DNA of 64,000 bases from Monocercomonoides exilis PA203 (lineage: Eukaryota; Protista; Preaxostyla). Below, piece after piece: positions 33,737 through 43,700 of the stretch. Position 1 is the first letter of the stretch. The number at the start of each line of letters is the position of its first letter. Location: contig LSRY02000028.1 in NCBI GenBank assembly GCA_001643675.2, forward strand, positions 1,116,001 to 1,180,000, given 5' to 3'. The notes beneath the pieces were generated by a model, which was given only the letters and a program-made list of their open reading frames with translations, made no database searches and was not told the DNA's origin. Made by a program: the position numbers and the translations under genes.

Positions 33737-36700
33737 ATGAAACATAGAAGTTTTGCACAATTGGACTTGTCCACGCTTGAATCCCCTTTTCTTTCACTGA
33801 TACGAAAATACAGTTCTATCGGAAGTATTTCTCCTTCATCGAGCTTTATTACTGAGGACATTCTCGCTGCAATTATCTCTTTAGCAATAAAAGCATTTCC
33901 TGATCAAAATGTGAAGCGCTTACTTGTCATAGCAGAAAACATAAGTCGAACAATAGAAGCATGGTCGGCCACAAATGGGATTAGCCTTCCCTCTCTTCCT
34001 GTAGTTACAAGTGCACAGAGTTTTCACAAATTTTCAATGTATCCAGCAGCATATCTGCAACCTGAAACTTTAAATCCACTCATCATTCATATCTGCGGAA
34101 TGAAAAAGGATCAAGAATTGAAAGAAGTACTGAGAACATTAATCCGTGAACTCAATCAATTAAAATTGAACAAAAAGTTGATCCGTTCAAAACAAATTGC
34201 ATCTCAACTAATGCTTCAAGCAATTGCAAGAGCAAAACCGCATGCAATATCACTACTGTTTGAACAACATTTTTATGAAATATTTTCATTGAATCCATCA
34301 GAAATAGTTACTTTGATGAGCACAAAGAAGACAACAAAAAGGGTTTTGAAAAAGAATGATTCAAAAAAAGAATCAAATGAAGACGAAATCAATGATGAAG
34401 CCAATCAACTTGAGAGTGAAAGTTCATCAGAAGAGGTACAAGAAGAACCAGTTGCTATCCAATACACGAGAAAAGAATTTGAAGAGGAAGAAAAAGCTCT
34501 GAACGAAACGTGCCTTCGCTCACAACAAAATTCAACTTCATCTTTCGGATTTTGGGATTTGTTTCTAACGCACTCTGAGCGAATGGGCATTTTCCTTTTT
34601 TCTCAACTGTGCATCGCTTCCAATTCACCTGATATGCCACAAAAATCATCTTCTTCAGCTTCGTTGTCTTCAGATGAATCAAACACGTCCATTAATTCCA
34701 CTTCAGTTTTTCAGCGAAAACAACTGGCAACGAAGCTCTTCATGAAGTATCTGCTGCCTCTCTGCTGTTCTCCTCACGCAACTCCGCGATGGCGCCTTTC
34801 GTTTGCCTTTGTTGCATCGTCTCTTGCTGTTGCTGCTGCGCCTGGTGGAATTCTCTCAGAGACACAAAAGAGTGGACTGGCAAGCACTTCAGAGTCTGCT
34901 TCATCATCATCGTCGTCGTCTACTGCTGACCCGCTTTCGCTTATTATTTCTTTGCTGTGTCCATCAAGTGATGATTTGCTGTGTGCTTTCAGAAGTCTAT
35001 CGGGTGAATGCCCTCCTCTGTCTACCACTCCTTCTCAATCATCATCTCCGTCTTCTCCTTCTCCTTCTCCTCCCTCTTCTTTAATTTTTTCATCAACTCA
35101 ATCTTCAATTGATCATATCACGAAATTCCATCTATCTACAGAAACAACCGAAGAGTCATCGCAAAGAATATCTCTTCTTCCCTTTTCTTTCACCGGCATT
35201 CCTCCATCACTTGACTGTGCCCTTGTTTCGTCTTCTGATTATCAGCGTCTTTCATCTTATTCATCGTCACATCATTCCCACTACCCAACAATCTCGTCTT
35301 CTCCTCCCTCGCCTTCTCTGAGAATGATGCTGAGCATTCTTCACTTCTGCTGCGTTTCTCTCATCAGAAATCGGCAGCCATCTCATTCGGCGTTTGCTCT
35401 GATTCATCTGTGCGCCTTGTGGCTTTCTTTGGTGAAGCAAAAGAGAATCGTCTCTGCCTCTTATTTGTGGGAGCTGGAAGATGCACACGAAGCCCGGAAA
35501 GAAGCGAAGCGGAAGAGCAAAGAAAAAGAATTAAAAGTGAAATTGCAGAAGAAACCTTCGAAAGAGCACAAGTCAGCAGCAGACAGGAGCGAATGTGGGC
35601 GAATGGAAAGAGTTGTTTTGGAGTGGATGCTGATGATGGCTGAGCGAAGTGACGTTGAAGGCGTTCGGCTGCTCGCAAAGCGAATTGAAGACGAATTTAG
35701 AAAGTTCCGTCCAAAAACTGTTGGAAAGGGAAATTTGACACAATTCAGCGGAGCTCCAAATGCGGAACTTCAGACACAAAAGAGTAAAAACTTGTTTACA
35801 GCATCCAGTTTTGAATCATCGATTATTTCATCTTCTCCATCTCCATTGTCAACTTTGCCTTTGCCTCTGATTGCAGAGCCTTTCCAACGAGCGCAAACAA
35901 ACACATCTCCTCTGTCGCTTATTGGGAATTCTCCTCCTTCGCTCCCATCTCTTTTACAGCTCGTTCACATCCTCTTGTCTTTTGTTATATTTCGCTCATA
36001 TCAAACATCCTCTTCTTTCTTGTCCATTAGACAATCATCATCATCATCATCTTCTTCTTCTTCCTCGTCATCATCTTCCATACCTTCATCTTCCCATCAT
36101 CCACCTTGTTTAGCCTCCTCTTTTCTCACTCGGCACGGTGCTGAATGGTTTGAGTTCAGCAGGCGAATGCGTCATCACATTTCATCACTCACAAAATTGC
36201 GGAGAAAAGCAGCGAAGCAGAAAGAGAGGAGACTGAAAGAGTTTGAGCGAAAAGGAAGAAAGATTAAGTGGGAAGAAACAGAAGAAGAGAGGAAGGCAAG
36301 GGAAGCAGAAGAGTGCAGTTTGGCAGAGAATGTTCTACAAGCAGCAGGATGGCTGATGGATGTATCGTCTGCATTTGCACAGGAGACTCGAAGGATGAAA
36401 ATGAAGAAAAGGAAAAACGGAGCAGAGAAAGAGAAAGATGACGAAGAAGATCTGCTGAGGAAGAAAGGGGCTGACAGCGATGATGATGAAGTTGAGTATG
36501 ATGAAGAGTGGTCAGACACAGATGTTCCTCTTCTTTCTGAAAGCTGTGAGGAGAGTGACAGCTCATTCGAAGAGGCAGATTCTGCTCTCAGATGGGCAAA
36601 GAGAAAACCGAAAAAAGAGAAAGGAGAAATCATCGAAAACAAAGCAAATGAACAACAAAAAGAAAGAAAGTTGCACATCTTCTTGCTTATCGTATTTTTG

Positions 36701-36808
36701 TTTTTGTGTCTTTTGATTGTTGTTATCTTCATTTATTGCATGATTCAAAAAGCTAAAAGTGTGAATCTGTCTGATAACAATAACAATGTGGAAATGAACA
36801 GAAGATGA
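33737..36808 (+). CDS. Hypothetical 1023-aa protein, helical and Ser-rich, with a single C-terminal TM (tail-anchored type)
   Basis: Uninterrupted ATG..TGA ORF with no N-terminal signal. Hydrophobic stretch IFLLIVFLFLCLLIVVIFIYCMI lies about 20 aa from the end. Confidence 0.8.
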   Translation: MKHRSFAQLDLSTLESPFLSLIRKYSSIGSISPSSSFITEDILAAIISLAIKAFPDQNVKRLLVIAENISRTIEAWSATNGISLPSLPVVTSAQSFHKFSMYPAAYLQPETLNPLIIHICGMKKDQELKEVLRTLIRELNQLKLNKKLIRSKQIASQLMLQAIARAKPHAISLLFEQHFYEIFSLNPSEIVTLMSTKKTTKRVLKKNDSKKESNEDEINDEANQLESESSSEEVQEEPVAIQYTRKEFEEEEKALNETCLRSQQNSTSSFGFWDLFLTHSERMGIFLFSQLCIASNSPDMPQKSSSSASLSSDESNTSINSTSVFQRKQLATKLFMKYLLPLCCSPHATPRWRLSFAFVASSLAVAAAPGGILSETQKSGLASTSESASSSSSSSTADPLSLIISLLCPSSDDLLCAFRSLSGECPPLSTTPSQSSSPSSPSPSPPSSLIFSSTQSSIDHITKFHLSTETTEESSQRISLLPFSFTGIPPSLDCALVSSSDYQRLSSYSSSHHSHYPTISSSPPSPSLRMMLSILHFCCVSLIRNRQPSHSAFALIHLCALWLSLVKQKRIVSASYLWELEDAHEARKEAKRKSKEKELKVKLQKKPSKEHKSAADRSECGRMERVVLEWMLMMAERSDVEGVRLLAKRIEDEFRKFRPKTVGKGNLTQFSGAPNAELQTQKSKNLFTASSFESSIISSSPSPLSTLPLPLIAEPFQRAQTNTSPLSLIGNSPPSLPSLLQLVHILLSFVIFRSYQTSSSFLSIRQSSSSSSSSSSSSSSSIPSSSHHPPCLASSFLTRHGAEWFEFSRRMRHHISSLTKLRRKAAKQKERRLKEFERKGRKIKWEETEEERKAREAEECSLAENVLQAAGWLMDVSSAFAQETRRMKMKKRKNGAEKEKDDEEDLLRKKGADSDDDEVEYDEEWSDTDVPLLSESCEESDSSFEEADSALRWAKRKPKKEKGEIIENKANEQQKERKLHIFLLIVFLFLCLLIVVIFIYCMIQKAKSVNLSDNNNNVEMNRR

Positions 36809-37039
36809 TATCTTCTCCATTTCATCCAGTCAATATTCATCTCAAAATCCTCTTTTATCAAAATATTATTTTTGTAGTTCCGAAATTGTTAGCTGAAATG
36901 ACATATTATATTTCTTGTATTTTGGTTGAATTTATTTGTTTAATATTTTTTCTTTTGAAAAACACCATTTTATTTTGGAAAAAAAAAGACAGATGCTTCG
37001 AATATAAATAGGAAACCCTAAACAGTCTTTTTACAATAA

Positions 37040-37232
37040 ATCTCTTTTAAAATATAAAAGAGATGAGAACTCACAGCATTAAAAAAAGATGTCGATGAAC
37101 GCAAAACGTTCATCGTTAATGCTTTCTACATGCAAAAAAAGTTGATACATTATAAAATCTTACAATAATTGGGTCAAAAAATCAAAATAAAAAAATAGAC
37201 TGATAATTATAAATTATCAGTTTATAAAACTG
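37040..37232. other. Cluster of strong hairpins between convergent genes
   Basis: atctctttta/taaaagagat (37040-37064); agcattaa..cgatgaacg-caaaa-cgttcatcg-ttaatgct (37075-37123); actgataatt/aattatcagt (37199-37221). Confidence 0.6.
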
Positions 37233-37398
37233 CTAAGAAAAATAAAAATATAAATTAAAAAATAATATCCATAAAGGATTAAAATAAAACCTGATTTTTA
37301 TGAAATCAACAATATGTGTAATGCTATACTTATCAAATTTCTCATTCTACATAAATGACATTATATTAATATGTCCTCTAACGCAAAGATCTGCATAA

Positions 37399-39102
37399 TT
37401 ACAGCTTTTCGTAGATGTCAAACAGCTCCTTTCTCACAGCCTTTGACGACCACTTCCAGAAGACATATTCCTTTTCCTCTCCCCAGCTGCACCAGTCTGT
37501 GCAATCACGAATCTGCACATGCCCCACAAACTTTGCAGAGAATGGCGTTGTATAACTTGATGCTTTGACACCAACTTGGCACTTGCCGATAGACAAATAA
37601 GCAGTCGGATCGATCTTCTCAGAAACGTTTGCTGACATCATAATGCCTCCCCTTGCGAGAAGAATAGATGCAGACACATCTGCAAATAATGACACCGTAA
37701 CTGAAGGAATAAAAGACACAGAGGCTTCCCATGTCGCCAAGCACATCTCATAAGGAATCTCAGCCTCAAACTGTAATTGAGCACCAACTTTGAAAGTGAC
37801 TGGGAGAATTGTAACATAAACAGTATACTTCATTGAAAATGTCTTCTTCATAGGCTTAATAACCTTGGACTTTTGGATGCAAGGGAGGTCAGGGAAGGTC
37901 TTATTATAAACAGATCGATTGAACAACAAAATATCGACGCCATTGCTCTGCACGCTACCATCAACATATGAATATTCCGCACGTGCATCTAACAACGAGA
38001 TCTTATGATCCAATACATATAAATTGAGGTTAGCATATGCACCAAGAAGCAAATCTCTACTTTCTTTTTCGCACCCTTTGTTTGTTCCAGTAACGATCGA
38101 ACCATCTAATTCAACTCCGCAAGAGCTGTTGCCTATCCAATATGATAGACCATATGACTTGCATAATTCGAATCCTTCGGGGCAATCCTTCTTAACAACA
38201 CTTTGATCTAAATGAACAGCTTTATCAGGACGCTCTGCATAAAATGAATCATCCAGGAATGAAACAGGTTTCAAGTCATGATAATTGCTTGCAATTGCTG
38301 CTGCAGCACTTGTTGCAACAAATGGTTCTGCGTTTGAGGCAGCCACTTTGTTTAATGTCAACATTGATGATCCTTCAGATGTCATCATAACGCTTGCGAA
38401 ATCTGTGGAATCCATAAAAAGATCGGGTGGAGAATTAAATGACACATAAGTACTTTGCACAGAATCTTTCACCAATCCGTCGGATAGTCTTGTTGTTTGC
38501 TCGCCACTTAAAAAGATATCATCTTCCGTTATTTTTGGATCACGGAAATAGAAAAAGTCTTTCTCGGAAAAGTATCCGGAAATTTCTGTTTCGTCTTCTG
38601 CATCAGTAATTTCGTAATGACTCTCATGAACTCCTTGAGTATCAACTTCAACTTTTGTTGCATCTTGTTGATCGCTTGCATGAGTCCGTAAAGAATTAAT
38701 AATTGTTGTTTTAATGTTTACAATTTCTTCTGAATCTTCGGAAGATGCCTTCACGTTTGATATCTCTCCGGCTTCATTCAAAGTGAAAATAACAGGTCTT
38801 GCAAAAATGCTTTCCAACTTTGATTTTTTTCCAGAAAGAACAGAGTAATCTCCATCGATATTTTGCGAAATCCTAACATTCTTTGCGGTCATTTCGAAAA
38901 GAAATTCACCAGCACCAGCATACATGCACATAAAGTTTGCAGTGCAAGTCATCGCAAACTGTTGAACACGTGTATCTTGCTCAGAATTCATTGCTTCAAT
39001 TCTTGCAGCCGAATGAAAATCGTATGTGTACAAATTTCCTGCTTCATAGAAAATCTTTGACGCTGAAAGAATTCTAAATAATGAAATAATTACGCTAAAC
39101 AT
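37399..39102 (-). CDS. Secreted protein with an N-terminal vitellogenin-N / large lipid transfer (LLT)-like beta domain and a Cys-containing beta-rich C-terminal half
   Basis: Signal peptide, then YEAGNLYTYDF, RPVIFTLNEAGEISNV..DSEEIVNIKTTIINSL and EVDTQGVHESHY, which recall the NIKRG..S.L and E.DV.G.C...Y motifs of vitellogenin/MTP/apoB. Intronless. Confidence 0.65.
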   Translation of the reverse strand: MFSVIISLFRILSASKIFYEAGNLYTYDFHSAARIEAMNSEQDTRVQQFAMTCTANFMCMYAGAGEFLFEMTAKNVRISQNIDGDYSVLSGKKSKLESIFARPVIFTLNEAGEISNVKASSEDSEEIVNIKTTIINSLRTHASDQQDATKVEVDTQGVHESHYEITDAEDETEISGYFSEKDFFYFRDPKITEDDIFLSGEQTTRLSDGLVKDSVQSTYVSFNSPPDLFMDSTDFASVMMTSEGSSMLTLNKVAASNAEPFVATSAAAAIASNYHDLKPVSFLDDSFYAERPDKAVHLDQSVVKKDCPEGFELCKSYGLSYWIGNSSCGVELDGSIVTGTNKGCEKESRDLLLGAYANLNLYVLDHKISLLDARAEYSYVDGSVQSNGVDILLFNRSVYNKTFPDLPCIQKSKVIKPMKKTFSMKYTVYVTILPVTFKVGAQLQFEAEIPYEMCLATWEASVSFIPSVTVSLFADVSASILLARGGIMMSANVSEKIDPTAYLSIGKCQVGVKASSYTTPFSAKFVGHVQIRDCTDWCSWGEEKEYVFWKWSSKAVRKELFDIYEKL

Positions 39103-39579
39103 CTCTCAATAAATTTTTCAATTCAACCATAAAAAGCACATTCTGATCACTACATCAAATTGAATTATGTTCTAAACAACAAAGATGAATAATTATTTCT
39201 TGTTAATGAACACTTTTGAATCAGATATGATGTGAACCTTAACTTGATTTTATTCATATTTAATTAATTTCTTCATTTTTTAATTCAATCAACATTTTCT
39301 TCAATATTTTTGTTATCAGTTTTTATTTTCAATCGTTTATTTAAATGACAAAAGCAAAAATACAGTTCAGTGAAGCCAATTTTCTTTCTTTTCAAGTAAA
39401 TATCTACCTCGTTGCCTAATTTCGCTCGTAAAAAAATTCTTTTGATTGTACTTATTGTACTCATTGCTGCGTGTGCATATGCCTCACAGATAACCCACAT
39501 TAGCATAGAAATTCATTTCTCCGAATTTTCGTGAAAATAAATATGGATTCGATCAATATCGTGTCAAGTTTATTGCAAA

Positions 39580-40642
39580 ATGGCAACACCAATTCCAATG
39601 TCAACACTCAAATCAGGGGCTAAAATTCCATGTGTAGGGTTGGGAACATGGGAAGCACCAAAGGGCGAGGTTGGAAAGTGTGTTTTTTTCATTCATTTAA
39701 TAATAATAAAAATTCCGTTTTGAATGTCATTTGAATTTAAAGCGGAATAAAATCAGCAATTGAAGCTGGATATCGTCATTTTGATCTTGCGGCTGTTTAT
39801 GGAAACGAAAAAGAATGCGGAGAAGGTATTTCTTTTTGAATATATTCAGAATATCATTTAACCTTTTTTTAATTATAATAACAGCTTTTGCTGAAATCTT
39901 TAAATCAGGAATCGTTAAAAGAGAGGATTTATGGATCACCTCGAAATTGTGGAACTCTGAGCATCGTCCTGAGAGAGTTCTTGCAGCGTGTCAGAAAACA
40001 CTTGCAGACTTGCAACTTACATATTTGGATTTATATCTCATTCATTGGCCAGTTGCGCATGTCCCAAAAGATGAACCAGAGCAAACCGATTCGCGTGGGT
40101 TTACAAAAATTGATCATGTTCCAATCGCTGCAACATGGGCCGCGATGGAGGAATTGGTTGCAAAAGGATTAGTGAAACATATTGGAGTGTCGAATTTCAC
40201 AGTTGCTTTGTTGAATGATTTGCTTAATAGTTGTAAAATTCAGCCAGAGGTTAACCAAATTGAAATGCATCCATATAATCAGCAGTGGGATCTTGTTGAA
40301 TACTGTCAACGCCAAGGAATTCATTGCACAGCTTACTCTCCTCTTGTTCGTGTTGGAACCGTTCATGGTCTTCCTGTTAATGTTATGACTGATCCAGTTA
40401 TTGGAAAAATTGCTGAAAAGCACAAAAAAACACCTGCCCAAATCGCCATCCGTTGGCAATTTCAGAGAATGCCAAATATCTCAGTTATTCCAAAGTCAAC
40501 AAAGAAGGAAAGAGTCATTGAAAACTTCAATGTCTTTGATTTTGCTTTGGATGATGAGGATTTGAAAGAAATCAGAGCACTGGATCGTGGATTCCGCGTG
40601 TGTCAACCTATTGATTTCTTTGGGTTGCCAGTCTTTGCGTAA
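39580..40642 (+). CDS. Aldo-keto reductase (3 exons)
   Basis: IPCVGLGTW, AIEAGYRHFDLAAVYGNEKE, REDLWITSKLWN, YLDLYLIHWP, IGVSNF, NQIEMHPY, AYSPL, VIPKS. The catalytic D/Y/K/H tetrad is present. Confidence 0.95.
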
Positions 40643-40761
40643 AGTCTATTGAAATGATATTTTCTAAAAGAGATTTTGCTATTCGGAGAGAATTACATTA
40701 TTTTCGTTTAAATAAACTAGTGTTTTTGTAAATCAATAAAATCACCCATATTTGATGTTCT

Positions 40762-43700
40762 ATGTCTGTGCTTTATAAAACATTGCTTGATTATGCAAAA
40801 ATAAATGAGTTACTCCATTCAGATCCAAGGTTAAAATAAAACTATGATTATTCAAAAAATTTTTTTCATTTTATTGCTTTGATTGGTTAAATATTAACAT
40901 TTCAAAGATTATCTCTTGTATTGTGTGAGATAGCAACAGGACTTGAACAAGATACAATTTCAAATGCATTAATACAGCTTCTTCGTGGGTCTCCTGTGTT
41001 AGTTCCGATTGTTCGCCTTTTGTTGGAAAAAGAATTTAAATCTATTTCACAAATAACGACAATGCTTAGAGCAAACAATATGACATCAAAAATACTTGCT
41101 CTTTTTGCTAGATCAGTTGGCTTTCGATATTTGCAAACATCACTTCTTCCATCTGTGCTTTCAATAATCAACGACAGGCATTTAAATTTGACTTTTGATT
41201 TTTCATATATTACGGATCCTGAACAAAAAAAGCAAGCTGTTAATAAAGGTCTTTCGGTATGTCACTTTGTTCTATAATAATAATTATTATTTATACAAAA
41301 ATATCATTTCGACGCATTCATTTTATAGGATTTCGAAAAATATGCATCAATGATTCTGGATAATTTGGAGAATCCAGTTAATTTCAAAGAAATACCTCGT
41401 GAAATAAGGCTTGTTTTTATACGTTTAGTGAATACTTTTAATATTTATTCTGAAACATTTAGAGGACTTTCATCATTTTTATATTATCTTGCAAATCAAA
41501 AAGTGATTGATGATAGCGATGAAAATAACAAGACGTTTTTGGAAAACAGAAAAGATGCCAAAAGTCAAAAATGCGTTGAGGATAATAAAGCGAATGAAAT
41601 AACATCTGGCACTGAAATTGAACATCAACCAAAGGATGAATCATTTGGCTTAAAAAATGAAACTCAACAAGAAAGCAATAAGACTTCTGAAAACATTGAA
41701 CAGCCATCCACTCAGACAGAAGCGAGCAGCACAAGTTGCTCTCCTCAATTGTCTGCAGGCGCATCAGTTCAACTGCAGTCTCATTCACCTGAGGAAGTGC
41801 AGTCTCCATCATCATCCTCATCCTCATCTTCACAGCAATCTGTCCACCCTTCAATTGCAGAAGAGGATCAGAACACTCAAAAGACAGTGAATTTGGAATC
41901 TTCTCCTTCTCCTTCCTCTTCCTCTTCCTCTTCCTCTTCCTCTTCTTCCACCCTTTTCACTCCTCTTTCGCTTGTCAGTGGCCTGTTTTTCCTCCGTTTC
42001 GTGTGCCCCACAATATTCTCACCTCAAAGTTTGCATCTTTTTCCTCTGTCAATTCTCCTCCCAACACACACAACTTCTTCCTCTTCTTCCTCTTCCTCCA
42101 CACTTCACTCAAACACTTCAATGATTTCTTCTTCTTCTTCCTCTTCCTCTTCCTCCTCTTCCACACCTTCATTTGCCTCGTCGCTTCCCCAGCGCAATCT
42201 CATCACTGTCACAAAATGCATTCAGCAGCTGGCAAATGACGTGGAGTTCGGCAAAAAGGAACCAAAAATGGCTGTTCTGAATGAATGGATCAGAAAGACA
42301 AGAGCAAAGAAAGATGCACTTTTGATGAAGCTGGTGACTGAAGATGAAGATTCCTCTCCATCCAACAAAAGTTCACCTTCTTTTATGGACAGCCCCTCTG
42401 CTCATCTCGATGGAAGCTATTTGTTTGCTGCATCTTCTTCTTCTTCTTCTTTTGCATTTAGTTCTATTTGCCAACAGAATTCTTCATCTGCTGAACAGAC
42501 AGACCATCCAAACATCCCCTTTGCCGATGTGCTGTTTCCACACATTCCAATTCCCTCTCGTTTTCTGTCTTCTTCTTCTGACTCAAAGAAAGAATACAAC
42601 AGCTCATCTTCCACATCCACAAATACATCCAATCAAAATGACGACATCCAACTTCTCAGTCGCTATCTGCCTGACTCCTCCACACTCTCTTTGTTTCAGT
42701 CACTCCACTCCTTCTTCTGTGCCCACCGCAATGCCATCGTCCAGAAAGTGTGCCAGTTCTCTCTCCAAACACCAGACAGCCCAAACAGCAACAGCAATAA
42801 TACCTTTAATACCTTTAATACCATTAATACTATTAATGGCAGTCATAGTCTAAATAGCAATCATACTTTCAATAGCATCAATAGTTATCATTCAATGAAG
42901 CCATTTTCTTCCTCATCCACTCTCTCCTCTGCCCATCGCTTTCTTCGAATGAAAAGCGATGTGGCCGAGGTGAAAATGGCACAAGAATTCGTCTCGCTCA
43001 TTTTGGGCCTTCCTCCTCCGATGTTTGCGATGGCACAGGGCGAATCTGCTGGAAGAAAGGAAAGTGTGAATGGCTCTATTTCATCAATAAAAGTGATAAT
43101 ATTATTTCTTTTTTATTGTATTATTGTTATTATTATTATTCATTTATCCTTTTATTTGATCTAACTATTTGAATGATATGTATATTTATTTATGTTCTAT
43201 TCAGTTATGCACTACATTCAGCTGCGTCATAAGGTCTCTCTTGTTGTTCCGCCTGTTCTGAAGTTCTATTCATTCAACACAATGTCACCCTCCTCCCCTC
43301 AACAAGACTGCAATTCTCCTTCCAAACAAAACAACTCTTCCACAATCATCTCATCTTCCTCTTCCTCTTCATCATCATCATCATCTTCTTCTTCTTCTTC
43401 TTCTTTCCGTCCCAATGTCTTCCTCTCCTCCATTCCCATCCAATCTTTCCTCATTTCTCGTGTTCCTTCTGCCGACTGGAAACTTCTCTCTGATCTCCAA
43501 TTTCTTGTTGTGTGTGGCATTCCTTGTTCCTCTTCCTCCTCCTCCTCTTCTTCTTCTTCTGCGATTCAGTCTGCTTCTGGTTCAACTCCTTCAATTTCAT
43601 CCTCTTCTTCTTCACCTTCCTCCTCCTCCTCCTCTTCTTCTTCTTCTTCTTCTTCTTCTCCCTCTTCTTTTCCTTCCTCTTCTTTCCAGCAATTCACTGC

